A DNA stretch of 64,000 nt from Promethearchaeota archaeon (GTDB lineage: Archaea > Asgardarchaeota > Lokiarchaeia > Sigyniarchaeales > SOKP01). The position numbers and the translations under genes are program-made. Below are positions 28,552 through 38,577 of the stretch, one piece after another. The notes below the pieces were generated by a model. The model worked only from the letters and a program-made list of their open reading frames with translations. It searched no databases and was not told where the DNA came from. The DNA lies in assembly GCA_016839585.1 (NCBI GenBank), contig JAEOTZ010000041.1, positions 3,159-67,158 on the forward strand. The letters run 5' to 3'. Each line of letters opens with the position of its first letter. The first letter of the stretch is position 1.

Positions 28552-28573
28552 ATTCCCATTTTATTCCCATTTT
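28552..28573. repeat. tandem 11-nt direct repeat ATTCCCATTTT x2 (third degenerate copy at 28584-28592)
   Basis: Read directly from the sequence, ~280 nt upstream of the ABC-transporter operon. Confidence 0.7.
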
Positions 28574-28847
28574 AAAAATTTTCATTCCCTTTCCACAAAA
28601 ATTTTTCTTAAAATTAAGTTAGGAGATTATGGGAAATTAATCCATTTGATATGGTCTAAATTTCGCAAAGGTGAATCTTAATAACTCATTTTAATAATAA
28701 AGAATTGAATTTTAATAAAGAAACCTTTTATGATTTCAAAAAACAAAACTAAAAAAAGAATAAAACTTATAAGTCTACAAATTTAAACAACTATTTAACA
28801 ACAAATCTAAAAAAAATTAATAAAAAAAAAAAATAAGTGAATTCAAT

Positions 28848-30566
28848 ATGGAAATGGAAAAAAAGAATTTAGCTATAATAATCTTAGCCGTTGTTCTGGG
28901 CGCATCTGGTATCGGTAACATGTTTCTTCTTGTTGAACTCGGTCTAGTGGAAGTTACTCCACCAGAAATTCAAAATGTTATAATTCAAGGTTCTATGTAT
29001 GGTCCTGATCAGATGGATGTACAAGAAATGTGGGAAAGTGCTGCATTTCAAATAGCAATAAATGTTTACGAGGGACTATATCAATATAATCTAAGCTCTC
29101 CTGGTCTTGAACTTACTCCTCTGTTAGCAGCATCTCTTGGTACTTGGGTTGGGCCGGAACTTACTGTAACACTTAGACAAGGCATAACATTCCATGATGG
29201 GGGCGTATTTAATGCAACAGCTGTTCAATGGTCCTTCGACAGATTAAATTATTGGATAAATGCATCAGGTGACCTTCCTAATAATGAGACAGAGGCCCAA
29301 ATAGCCGTTTTGTATCGATGGCCTGATGGTACTCCTGTTATTAATCATACAGAAGTCATTTCTCCGTATGTAATAAAATTCGTGTTGAATAAACCGTATG
29401 GTGTTTTTGATGCATTATTAACCTTCTCTGGCTCATTTATCATGTCACCTTACAGTAATTCCAAATATACTAGGATTCAAACTGCGCAGTGTGTAGGTCC
29501 GGATGAAGGAGGAATACACGCTTTCGTCGGAACTGGTCCTTTTATCTTTGAAGGATATATGGCTGGTATAGAAGTAAGAACCCGTCGAAATGACGACTAC
29601 TGGCGCGAGCCAACTCAAGTTGAAGCATTAATATGGAATATCATACAGGATTCAGATGCCAGAAATAACGCTCTGTTAGCGGGTGATATTAATAGTTTAA
29701 CCGCTCCACATCCTTCGTTTTATGACGAAATGAGATCTTCTTCTGATGTTAATCTGGTAGAAGTTGACGAACCAGCAAGCTCAATTACTCAATATCTTGG
29801 ATTTAATAACAAAATGATTAATAAAACCTGGAGACAGGCTCTGTCATATGCGATAGATTACGATTATATGCTTACCGAACTTTTAGAAGGGTATGCTGTA
29901 AGATTGAAATCCCCTATTCCTTTAGGGATTGCATATGCTAACTATTCATATAATTGTGCTGTGTTAGACGTTCCGGTTGCCAGAGGAATCATTCAATCTA
30001 TGGGATTCGGAACTGGATGGGATACAACTTATCCTGGTACAAGCGAAGCATTATGGTCGGCTGCCTCATTTGCCAGCTTTAACTATACATATAATATTGG
30101 TAATAGATTCCGAGAAGATATGTTGGTGATGTTACAAGGAAATATGGACCATATTGGAGTTACCGTTGTTGACAATGGTCAAGAATGGACTCCATATCTT
30201 GATTTAATCTATAATCGAACATCGCCTGGCTATAATGGATTGGCTCTCTACTTTATTGGATGGATTCCAGACTATAATGATCCAAGTAATTACGTTAATT
30301 CATTGATGTCCAATGTATCATCTTCCAACTCAGCACAAATTAACGATCCTATCTTAGAACCCTTGCTAAGGGCAGGTCTTGAGGAAACTGATCCTGTCGT
30401 AAGAAATACAATATATCAAACAATGCAAAAATACCTTGTTGAAGATCTCATGCCTTGGGCATGGGGCTACAACTCTTTAAACAGAGATGCATTCCACCCA
30501 TCATTAAAAGGATTCCCAACTAATCCATGGGGCTATGATTATTTCTATCCATGCTATTTCGATTAA
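28848..30566 (+). CDS. ABC transporter substrate-binding protein, family 5 (peptide/nickel)
   Basis: N-terminal TM anchor. GTGPFIFEGY...RRNDDYW is the typical SBP_bac_5 motif. 572 aa, GC-richer than its neighbours. Confidence 0.8.
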   Translation: MEMEKKNLAIIILAVVLGASGIGNMFLLVELGLVEVTPPEIQNVIIQGSMYGPDQMDVQEMWESAAFQIAINVYEGLYQYNLSSPGLELTPLLAASLGTWVGPELTVTLRQGITFHDGGVFNATAVQWSFDRLNYWINASGDLPNNETEAQIAVLYRWPDGTPVINHTEVISPYVIKFVLNKPYGVFDALLTFSGSFIMSPYSNSKYTRIQTAQCVGPDEGGIHAFVGTGPFIFEGYMAGIEVRTRRNDDYWREPTQVEALIWNIIQDSDARNNALLAGDINSLTAPHPSFYDEMRSSSDVNLVEVDEPASSITQYLGFNNKMINKTWRQALSYAIDYDYMLTELLEGYAVRLKSPIPLGIAYANYSYNCAVLDVPVARGIIQSMGFGTGWDTTYPGTSEALWSAASFASFNYTYNIGNRFREDMLVMLQGNMDHIGVTVVDNGQEWTPYLDLIYNRTSPGYNGLALYFIGWIPDYNDPSNYVNSLMSNVSSSNSAQINDPILEPLLRAGLEETDPVVRNTIYQTMQKYLVEDLMPWAWGYNSLNRDAFHPSLKGFPTNPWGYDYFYPCYFD

Positions 30567-30602
30567 AATAATCTAGAAGGATAAATATAAAAATAAATCA
30601 TA

Positions 30603-30613
30603 TTTTTTTTTTT
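30603..30613 (+). terminator. T11 tract after the substrate-binding protein gene
   Basis: A run of 11 T begins 37 nt after the stop codon. Confidence 0.4.
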
Positions 30614-30884
30614 AATTTACTTAATATAGTTAATATATATATGTGGAACATTTAATAGATAATATGCTAAAAAGAATGAATTATGTAGCTTATTTGAATT
30701 ATGATGATATATTTGATTCTTTTTCTTAGAATACAAAAATTTTACATGAGAGTCCACAAAGTGCTTTTGATTTAACACTTCAGAATTATAATGGAATAAT
30801 TAAAAAAAGATCAAGTATTAATCAAATTTATAAGGAAACGATAAATAAATTTAAATTAAAGCAAATTAATTTGGTAGAAGGTTT

Positions 30885-31343
30885 ATGAGGACTAAAATTG
30901 AGTTTGCTAGACAAGGGAATCTTATTTTTGCCATTCTAATGATCCATTTTATATTTTTTGGATATATAAGCAATCGCTATAGAAAATCCATAGGGGAAGA
31001 TATATTATATTTGCACAAAATTCTGTTTAATCCATACTCATTTGTATCATTAATTATTCTTTTTATAATAGTATTTTTTATGGTATATAGAGAAGATTTT
31101 TATGAATATGGTATTAGGAATAGTATATGGCTTACTCCCATGATAATAGGACAATCTTGGTTCTGGTATATATTCGTCACTTACAGATTAGATGTATTTG
31201 TCGCAATTGGTCGATTTTTCACTAGTTATGAAGGATATCTTACAATTTTTTCAGTATTGACCATTAATTTGTTAGCTGCGACTTTAGCTGCTTTTACCAA
31301 GCAGAAATATCAAGAACATGTCAAAAAAATTGAAAAGGTTTAA
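30885..31343 (+). CDS. small integral membrane protein, unknown function
   Basis: 152 aa with about four hydrophobic helices. Lies between the SBP and permease genes. Confidence 0.45.
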   Translation: MRTKIEFARQGNLIFAILMIHFIFFGYISNRYRKSIGEDILYLHKILFNPYSFVSLIILFIIVFFMVYREDFYEYGIRNSIWLTPMIIGQSWFWYIFVTYRLDVFVAIGRFFTSYEGYLTIFSVLTINLLAATLAAFTKQKYQEHVKKIEKV

Positions 31344-31425
31344 TTTTTAAAAACAAAATTTAAATAAAACATTATCTAAATTGTAAAATAAAAATTATCA
31401 AAATTAGTCGGTGATTTTATAAAAC

Positions 31426-32442
31426 ATGAGTATGCTTAAATATATTTTTAGAAGAATTCTACAATTAATACCCGTCCTATTTGGAGTTTTAGTTTTAACA
31501 TTCGTACTTTCTAGAGCAATGCCCGGTGATCCTATTTTGGCACACCTCCCACCAGTATATACACCAGCACAATATGAAGCAGAAGCGCGTCAACTTGGAT
31601 TTCATTTACCATTATGGCAACAATTTTTTATATATTTAGGAAACTTATTTACAGGTAATTGGGGTTATTCTATTTCAATTAATGAAGGGCAAGAGGTTTG
31701 GGAGCTTATCTGGGAAAGATTTCCTAGGACTTTAGATATAACTCTTTTTGCGGTATTAATTGCCTCATTTGTAGGTATTAAAGCGGGAGTGATTTCGGCA
31801 ACTCATAGAAATAAAGCCAAAGATACAATAGTTAGAGGATTTTCTCTTGTAGGAGTAGCTATTCCAGTTTTTTGGTTAGGATTACTACTTCAATTCTTTA
31901 TAGCCTATAGACTAGATTTGTTTCCAGCAATCGGATATAAGGATATGAGATATGCTGATCCTGAAATGATAACTGGTTTCAGAATAATAGATTCACTAAT
32001 TTCAGGTCAATGGTATATAATTGGAGATTATTTAATTCATTTAGCTTTACCTGTATTTTGCTTATCTTTTATAACCCTCGCATCAATTACGAGACAAACC
32101 CGTTCAAGCATGCTTGAAGTCCTACAGCAAGATTATGTGAGAACCGCAAGAGCAAAAGGTTGTAAAGAAAAAGATGTAATAAAAAAACATGCCCGTAGAA
32201 ATGCATTAATTCCTACTATAACGGTTATAGGATTAAACATCGGTGGTCTATTAGGGGGAGCTGTTCTTACCGAAACTACTTTTAATTTACATGGAGTAGG
32301 TGAATTATTATTACGAGCTATAATAGATCGTGACTATTATGTATTAAACGCAATTGTATTTATGATTACGATAATATTTATTCTTGTAAATTTATTTACT
32401 GACCTTATATATGCGTATCTAGACCCAAGAATAAAATATTAA
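31426..32442 (+). CDS. ABC transporter permease (DppB/OppB type)
   Basis: MLKYIFRRILQLIPVLFGVLVLTFVL...PGDP N-terminus and EAA-loop region YVRTARAKG. Confidence 0.85.
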   Translation: MSMLKYIFRRILQLIPVLFGVLVLTFVLSRAMPGDPILAHLPPVYTPAQYEAEARQLGFHLPLWQQFFIYLGNLFTGNWGYSISINEGQEVWELIWERFPRTLDITLFAVLIASFVGIKAGVISATHRNKAKDTIVRGFSLVGVAIPVFWLGLLLQFFIAYRLDLFPAIGYKDMRYADPEMITGFRIIDSLISGQWYIIGDYLIHLALPVFCLSFITLASITRQTRSSMLEVLQQDYVRTARAKGCKEKDVIKKHARRNALIPTITVIGLNIGGLLGGAVLTETTFNLHGVGELLLRAIIDRDYYVLNAIVFMITIIFILVNLFTDLIYAYLDPRIKY

Positions 32443-32470
32443 TAAAAAATTAAGAATTAGAAAAAATTGA

Positions 32471-33487
32471 GTGAAAAGTGATATGGATCAAACTTACGAA
32501 ATAGAAGTAATCGAAGAAGAGAAAATAGAAATAGAGGCTGTTTCAAAAAGCATAGTCTCTTGGATTTTCAGTAACGTTAAATTTCTTCTCATACCTGGCT
32601 CTAGAATAGAAGAATTGTCAGTTCGAGAATTTGAATATGAAAGAACGATTAGTAAAAGAAAATTCATTCGGAGATTGAAATCAACCTTAACTATCTTAGG
32701 AATTGGAATCGTTATTATAGTTGTATCTCTTGCTGTTTTTATGCATTGGATCTCTCCCTATACCTTTGCATTTGCAGATGGAGTTCATTCTGGTTCTTGG
32801 GGAGCTCCATCTTCAGAACATCCTTTAGGACAAACTAATTTCGGGCGTGATGTTTTAGCAAGGATAATATTCGGTGCCCGTTCTTCTTTGACGATTGCCC
32901 TCCCTGCAATAACTTTAAGTGTAGTGGTAGGTGTTATATTAGGTGTGATTGCCGCTTATTATGGAGGAATAATTGATACGATAATAATGAGAATTGGAGA
33001 TGTTTTCCTTGCATTTCCCGGTTTGATTTTTGCTATCGTATTAGTTGGAATTTTAGGCCGACAAATGGAATATATAATATTGGCTTATGGAATTCTAGGA
33101 ATACCTTATTATTCGCGTTTAATTAGGGGATCAGTATTACAAGCACGAGAATTACCTTATGTAGAAGCGGCAAAAGTTGCCGGTGCAGGAAATTGGAGGA
33201 TAATGTTTCGGCATATCCTTCCCAATTGTATACAACCAATCATAATTTCATTCACATTTGATATAGGTGGAGTTATTTTAAGTTTTGCGGGACTTGCCTT
33301 TCTAGGTTATAGCGACCCTTCATTAATCGAATGGGGGAGGGATATTGATATTGGACGTGGCCATCTTATTAATGCTCCTTGGGCGGCTTTATTTCCGGGG
33401 TTGATGATCTTAGTTACAGTATTGGGTTTTATGTTAGTAGGAGATGGGTTAAGAGATGCTCTAGATCCGAGATTAAGAAATTTATAG
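32471..33487 (+). CDS. ABC transporter permease (DppC/OppC type)
   Basis: EHPLGQTNFGRDVLARIIFGARSSL and YVEAAKVAGAG motifs. The start is GTG 32471 or ATG 32483. Confidence 0.85.
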   Translation: MKSDMDQTYEIEVIEEEKIEIEAVSKSIVSWIFSNVKFLLIPGSRIEELSVREFEYERTISKRKFIRRLKSTLTILGIGIVIIVVSLAVFMHWISPYTFAFADGVHSGSWGAPSSEHPLGQTNFGRDVLARIIFGARSSLTIALPAITLSVVVGVILGVIAAYYGGIIDTIIMRIGDVFLAFPGLIFAIVLVGILGRQMEYIILAYGILGIPYYSRLIRGSVLQARELPYVEAAKVAGAGNWRIMFRHILPNCIQPIIISFTFDIGGVILSFAGLAFLGYSDPSLIEWGRDIDIGRGHLINAPWAALFPGLMILVTVLGFMLVGDGLRDALDPRLRNL

Positions 33488-33522
33488 CATTAGATCAAAT
33501 TTTTTCGTTACATTATTAATGA

Positions 33523-34815
33523 GTGATAAAGAAAATGGATATAGTAGAAAAAAAAGATGTTGTTATTGAAAACAGTAGAACAGATCAATTGGATTTAAAA
33601 GATAAATCAGGAAAATTACTTGAAATCAAAAATTTAAAAACTTATTTTTATACTGAAGAAGGTATTGTTAAAGCAGTTGATGGTGTTTCATTTGATATAT
33701 ATCCAGATGAGGTACTTGGTCTTGTTGGCGAGACTGGCTGCGGAAAATCAGTCACAGCTCTTTCAATTTTACGGCTTGTGAGGGAGCCTGGAAAAATTCT
33801 GGATGGCTCAATTACTTTTAAAGACATAAATCTTCTGGAGTTATCCGAACCAGAAATGAGAGATTTCCGTGGTAATAAGATTACTATGATATTTCAAGAT
33901 CCTCTTAATTCACTTAATCCTGTAATTTCTATTGGTAATCAAATTTCAGAAGTATTTCTTCTGCACCAAAAAGAAAAACTAAAAAAAACTCTAGACAACC
34001 GTCTTTTAGAGAGGAAAAAAATAATTGAAGAAAGGAAGAACTTAAAGAAAGAATTAGCAAATCAAGAAAAGGATGGACTTTTAACTGAAGAGGAAAAGAA
34101 TAAACTTCAGTCAAAAATCGACGAGCTTAAAGATCAAATACCAAAACTACCCCTTTTAAAAAATATTGTATTAGAAGAAGTAGAGAGAATTGTCAATGAA
34201 GTAGGTATTGCTGATGCGAGGGGTATATTAAAGAGATACCCTCATGAGTTAAGTGGTGGTATGAGACAACGTGTTATGATTTCTATGGCTCTTTCATGTA
34301 ATCCAGCGCTTTTAATAGCCGACGAACCAACAACAGCACTAGACGTGACTATACAAGCTCAAATTCTAGATTTAATGAAAGATTTAAAAGTAAGGTTTAG
34401 AACATCAATTCTTTTAATTACTCACGATTTAGGAATTATTGCAGAATTATGCGATAGAGTAGCTGTGATGTATAGCGGAAATATTGTAGAATATGCAACA
34501 GCAGAAGAATTATTCAAAAAGTCACAACATCCATATACCCAAGGATTGATGGGAGCTATTCCAAGTATTGAAAAAAGGGATCAAAAATTAGAAACTATTC
34601 GAGGGATGGTTCCAAACCTTATTTATCCCCCTTCAGGTTGTAGATTTCACCCTAGATGTGACTACAGATTAGAAGTATGCGACAAAGTAAAACCTCGATT
34701 TATTGAAATTGCAGATAGATATTTCATTGCATGTCATCTTTATGATCCCAAGTATAAGGATTCCCCTAAATTTGAGTGGAAAGAAGAAGAGCTTAAAATG
34801 GCTCGTAGAGTTTAA
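33523..34815 (+). CDS. ABC transporter ATPase (OppD/DppD type) with ~60-aa coiled-coil insertion
   Basis: GETGCGKS, MIFQDP, LSGGMRQR, LLIADEPTTALD, HPYTQGL and a C-terminal Cys cluster. The insertion spans residues ~150-212. Confidence 0.85.
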   Translation: MIKKMDIVEKKDVVIENSRTDQLDLKDKSGKLLEIKNLKTYFYTEEGIVKAVDGVSFDIYPDEVLGLVGETGCGKSVTALSILRLVREPGKILDGSITFKDINLLELSEPEMRDFRGNKITMIFQDPLNSLNPVISIGNQISEVFLLHQKEKLKKTLDNRLLERKKIIEERKNLKKELANQEKDGLLTEEEKNKLQSKIDELKDQIPKLPLLKNIVLEEVERIVNEVGIADARGILKRYPHELSGGMRQRVMISMALSCNPALLIADEPTTALDVTIQAQILDLMKDLKVRFRTSILLITHDLGIIAELCDRVAVMYSGNIVEYATAEELFKKSQHPYTQGLMGAIPSIEKRDQKLETIRGMVPNLIYPPSGCRFHPRCDYRLEVCDKVKPRFIEIADRYFIACHLYDPKYKDSPKFEWKEEELKMARRV

Positions 34816-34842
34816 AATTATAAAGTTAAAAGAAGATATAAA

Positions 34843-36450
34843 ATGACATTGAGAGAAGAAAAAGTAAAGGAAAAAGAGTGGGAAAAAAAAGCAAAGCCTG
34901 TCCCTAAAAGAGAAAAAATCCTCACTGCAAAAAATCTTAAAACATTTTATCCAATTTATGGTGGATTATTTAAACGAAAAATCGGAGAAGTCAAAGCAGT
35001 TGATGGAGTTACTTTTAATCTTTATAGAAACGAAACTCTCGGATTAGTTGGAGAGAGTGGGTGCGGCAAAACAACTATTGGAAATACAGTTTTAAATCTG
35101 GTTCCAAATACTGATGGCGAAATTTATTATAAAAATAGTAGGATTGATCCTCTAAGAATTCGAGGAATAATAGAAAAGGTTATTAGAAGAATTAAAGGTC
35201 TTTATCTCTATTTTATACAAAACATTTATCAAAAATATTCTGAAAAAATTAATTCATTCATGACTAAATTACCATCTACTAAGACCTGTTCTTTCTTAAT
35301 CAGTCGATTTTTTTCTTTTTTGGCAGGATTGAGTGTGCTTTTTGCTGCAGCCTATTTTGGAGTAACAGCAACTTTATTACTATTATTCTTAGGGTTAGGA
35401 ATTTATAGTACTGCTGGTTCATTTTTCCTATACGCGGCATATAAATCTTCAAAAAATAAATCCATAAATATGGACCTTTTGTTGGCTTTAGGAACAACGA
35501 TAGCATTGGTTTATTCAATTTTAACAACACTCGTTATTGAAGGAAAAACCTTATATGAAGCAATGAGTATGATACTTTTTTGTCTAGTTTTTTTATCTGT
35601 TATAGTTTTGGCTCTAGCTATCTTATCTACTAATATTTCTTATACCAAAGCAAAATCCATTGCTAAACAAATAGAAATTGATATAACTGCTTCTAAATTT
35701 ATGAGAAAAAAAATTCAAATGGTATTTCAAGATCCAGATGCATCTTTAAATCCACGGTGGAAAATAGTTAATATTATTGGTGAACCACTTAGAATTTTAG
35801 AGGGAATTACTAAAAGGCGAGAAATACGCGATAGAGTTCTTCAATTACTTCACACTGTTTCCATGAAATCAGAACACTTAGATAGATATCCTCATGAATT
35901 TTCTGGTGGACAAAAACAAAGAATTGTGATTGCAAGAGCGTTGGCTTGTAATCCTGAGATAATTGTTTTAGATGAACCTACATCCGCGCTTGATGTATCC
36001 GTTCAAGCCCAAATTCTAAATCTTTTAAAAGATTTACAGAAACTATTTGATTTATCGTTTTTATTCATTACCCATGATCTAAGTGTAGTACAGCACATAG
36101 CCGATAGAATTGCAGTAATGTATCTAGGCAAGTTTGTAGAAATTGGTACGATTGATGAGGTATTTTACAATCCTACGCATCCCTATACTAAGGCATTATT
36201 ATCAGCACGACCCACATTCGATCCTAGTTCAAAAACAACTAGAATTATATTAGAAGGCGACGTTCCAAGCCCAATTAATCCACCAGAGGGATGTGCATTT
36301 CATCCAAGGTGCCCTGAAAAAGATAAACACATAGGATGTGGTATTGAAAATCCAAGAAAGATTCATCTAGGTGGAGATCATTATATGATGTGTTTACCTT
36401 TTAAAGAAGAGCCAAAATCTTATAAAGGAATGGATTACATTTCAGATTAA
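34843..36450 (+). CDS. ABC transporter ATPase (OppF/DppF type) with ~185-aa hydrophobic insertion
   Basis: GESGCGKTT, MVFQDP, FSGGQKQR, IIVLDEPTSALD and HPYTKALL. About four TM-like helices sit between Walker A and the Q-loop. Confidence 0.85.
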   Translation: MTLREEKVKEKEWEKKAKPVPKREKILTAKNLKTFYPIYGGLFKRKIGEVKAVDGVTFNLYRNETLGLVGESGCGKTTIGNTVLNLVPNTDGEIYYKNSRIDPLRIRGIIEKVIRRIKGLYLYFIQNIYQKYSEKINSFMTKLPSTKTCSFLISRFFSFLAGLSVLFAAAYFGVTATLLLLFLGLGIYSTAGSFFLYAAYKSSKNKSINMDLLLALGTTIALVYSILTTLVIEGKTLYEAMSMILFCLVFLSVIVLALAILSTNISYTKAKSIAKQIEIDITASKFMRKKIQMVFQDPDASLNPRWKIVNIIGEPLRILEGITKRREIRDRVLQLLHTVSMKSEHLDRYPHEFSGGQKQRIVIARALACNPEIIVLDEPTSALDVSVQAQILNLLKDLQKLFDLSFLFITHDLSVVQHIADRIAVMYLGKFVEIGTIDEVFYNPTHPYTKALLSARPTFDPSSKTTRIILEGDVPSPINPPEGCAFHPRCPEKDKHIGCGIENPRKIHLGGDHYMMCLPFKEEPKSYKGMDYISD

Positions 36451-36460
36451 TTTTACTTAC

Positions 36461-36469
36461 TTTTTTTTT
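36461..36469 (+). terminator. T9 tract after the last transporter gene
   Basis: A run of 9 T begins 11 nt after the stop codon. Confidence 0.4.
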
Positions 36470-36597
36470 ATAATAATTATTATTCTATCTATTAATCTTA
36501 ATTTCAATTTTTTTGTAATTATATTTACAATTAGATTTGAAGATATCTGTTTAAATATCCTAATAAAATTATTAAAATATTATAACTGTATTGAATT

Positions 36598-37770
36598 ATG
36601 AAATCAGAAAGCTCTCAGATATTCGTAATTAAAACATCTCCTAAAACTGTCTTAGAAGATTATAAGAAATTACTAAATATGGCGAATTATGAAAAATATT
36701 ACGATAAGGATAAAAGAATTATCATTAAACTAAACTTAAGTTGGTCTAAATTTTTTCCAGCTTGTTCTAGCCCTCCATGGCAATTGGAAGGATTGATTAA
36801 AACAATGATTGAAGATGGATATGATCCTAAAAAAATTTTTACTGCTGAGAATAGAACTGTAGTTACAAACATTAAAAAAGGCTTAATGGGAAATAAATGG
36901 AACCCAATTATTAAAAAGTATGGCGTTTGGTTTATACCATTAACTCGAATTCCTTTTATTCCATATGAATCATTAAAACCTAAGTTCATAACGTTAAAAA
37001 ATAAACAATTGCATGCTTTAGATTCAAAAATATTTCCAGAGGGTTTTAAAATTCCTAAATTTTATGTAGGGAAGCCTATAATTCATCTTCCAACTATGAA
37101 AACTCATGGCCATACCGGTGCAGAAGGAGGTAGTTTAAAAAAAACAAAAGGAGTAATGAAACATGGTGGAATAACATGTGCAATGAAAAATGCGTTTGGA
37201 GGATTATTAACAAAAAGGAGGCATTTTAGTCATCAGTATATGTCTGAAGTATTAGTGGATCTATTAATTATTCAAAAGCAGATCCACCCTAGCATATTTG
37301 CAGTGGTAGATGGTACTGTTTGTGGAGACGGTGCAGGTCCCAGAACTATGATTCCCCGTATTAAAAATTTTTTGCTTGCAGGATATGATCAAGTAGCAGT
37401 TGATGCAGCTGTTGCTCATATGCTAGGTTTTGAACCATTAAAATTACCTGCTATAAAAATGGCGCATGATGAAGGATTGGGCTGTGGAGATTTCGATCAA
37501 ATTGAATTTATTGGAGAAAATGTGTCTGAAATTAATTGGAAATTCAAAGTTAAACGAAGCTTAGTTATTTGGGGAGATCAAATGGTTCGAAAAGGACCTC
37601 TACAATTTATTTACCCCCTTTTTCGAAGTGAATTATTCTTTTTAGGTCCTATTTATGCATCTAAAATATATCATGATATGTTTTGGTATCCTACAAAAGG
37701 GAAAAAATTGATAAAGAAATTCCTAAACACAGGGTGGGGTAAAATTTTTACTAGCTATCCCGAAATATAA
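36598..37770 (+). CDS. DUF362-domain protein
   Basis: RIIIKLNLSW..., GITCAMKNAFGGL and VVDGTVCGDGAGPR...AGYDQVAVDA follow the DUF362 pattern. Confidence 0.6.
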   Translation: MKSESSQIFVIKTSPKTVLEDYKKLLNMANYEKYYDKDKRIIIKLNLSWSKFFPACSSPPWQLEGLIKTMIEDGYDPKKIFTAENRTVVTNIKKGLMGNKWNPIIKKYGVWFIPLTRIPFIPYESLKPKFITLKNKQLHALDSKIFPEGFKIPKFYVGKPIIHLPTMKTHGHTGAEGGSLKKTKGVMKHGGITCAMKNAFGGLLTKRRHFSHQYMSEVLVDLLIIQKQIHPSIFAVVDGTVCGDGAGPRTMIPRIKNFLLAGYDQVAVDAAVAHMLGFEPLKLPAIKMAHDEGLGCGDFDQIEFIGENVSEINWKFKVKRSLVIWGDQMVRKGPLQFIYPLFRSELFFLGPIYASKIYHDMFWYPTKGKKLIKKFLNTGWGKIFTSYPEI

Positions 37771-37794
37771 AAAAAATTTAAAAACTCTTGAAGT

Positions 37795-38577
37795 TCAATG
37801 TAGAATCTCCTTTAATCTCCCTTGATAATTAAAGTTTGAGTCTAACTTTTCCCCTCTTAGATGAATAAAAAATTCAATTGATCCCTCTTTGCCTGATATT
37901 GGAGACTTAATGATTCCACAAGGGAATAATTGATTTTCAATATTCCATTGAATTAAATTTAAAAGAATCTGGTAAAGTTTCTTAGAATCTTGAATTATTT
38001 TAAATTTAATCTCATTTTGAAAGGCTATCTCAAAAAGTGGTTTTACTAATGCGATGATATCACCATTAGCGAACAAGATTCTTTTTACATTTGGAAGAAT
38101 TGTTTTTAAGGAGGTAAAGGTGACGTCTATAGTACAAATATCAACCTTCTCTTCAATATTTATTATATCACGAGCGTCAACTCCTAACATAGGCATTACC
38201 TTATTTTTCATCTTCTCGCACCTTAATGAGGAATGAAGTAGATCAGTAGCAGTATCAATAGCATATACCTTTGAAGCTCCATGTTTTACCAAGCAATCTG
38301 TAAATCCTCCTATTGATGCTCCAATATCAATACATGTTTTCCCTTCAACAGTAATTGAAAATTCTTTTAGAGCAGCTTCTAATTTTAGACCTCCACGACC
38401 TACATAAGGAAAATCTTTCTCTAATTTAATTGTAAGGGAATTGTCTATTCTCTTTCCAGGTTTCAACACTTTTTTTCCTTTAACAAACACATACCCATTC
38501 TTTATTAACCATTGCGCTTTAGTTCTACTTTCAACTAACCGCCGTTCTACTAATAGAATATCAATTCTTTCTTTCAT
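37795..38577 (-). CDS. tlyA: TlyA-family rRNA 2'-O-methyltransferase (S4 + FtsJ-like domains)
   Basis: RIDILLVERRLVESRTKAQWLIKNG (S4) and GKTCIDIGASIGGFTDCL (SAM-binding). Confidence 0.75.
   Translation of the reverse strand: MKERIDILLVERRLVESRTKAQWLIKNGYVFVKGKKVLKPGKRIDNSLTIKLEKDFPYVGRGGLKLEAALKEFSITVEGKTCIDIGASIGGFTDCLVKHGASKVYAIDTATDLLHSSLRCEKMKNKVMPMLGVDARDIINIEEKVDICTIDVTFTSLKTILPNVKRILFANGDIIALVKPLFEIAFQNEIKFKIIQDSKKLYQILLNLIQWNIENQLFPCGIIKSPISGKEGSIEFFIHLRGEKLDSNFNYQGRLKEILH

Noticed and set aside
35150-35700. The OppF insertion as an intein or a mobile-element insertion.
   Set aside because: There is no Cys/Ser/Thr at an N-extein junction with a His-Asn C-terminal motif, and there are no endonuclease blocks. 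The insert consists of hydrophobic helices with host-like composition, in frame and without repeats at its borders.
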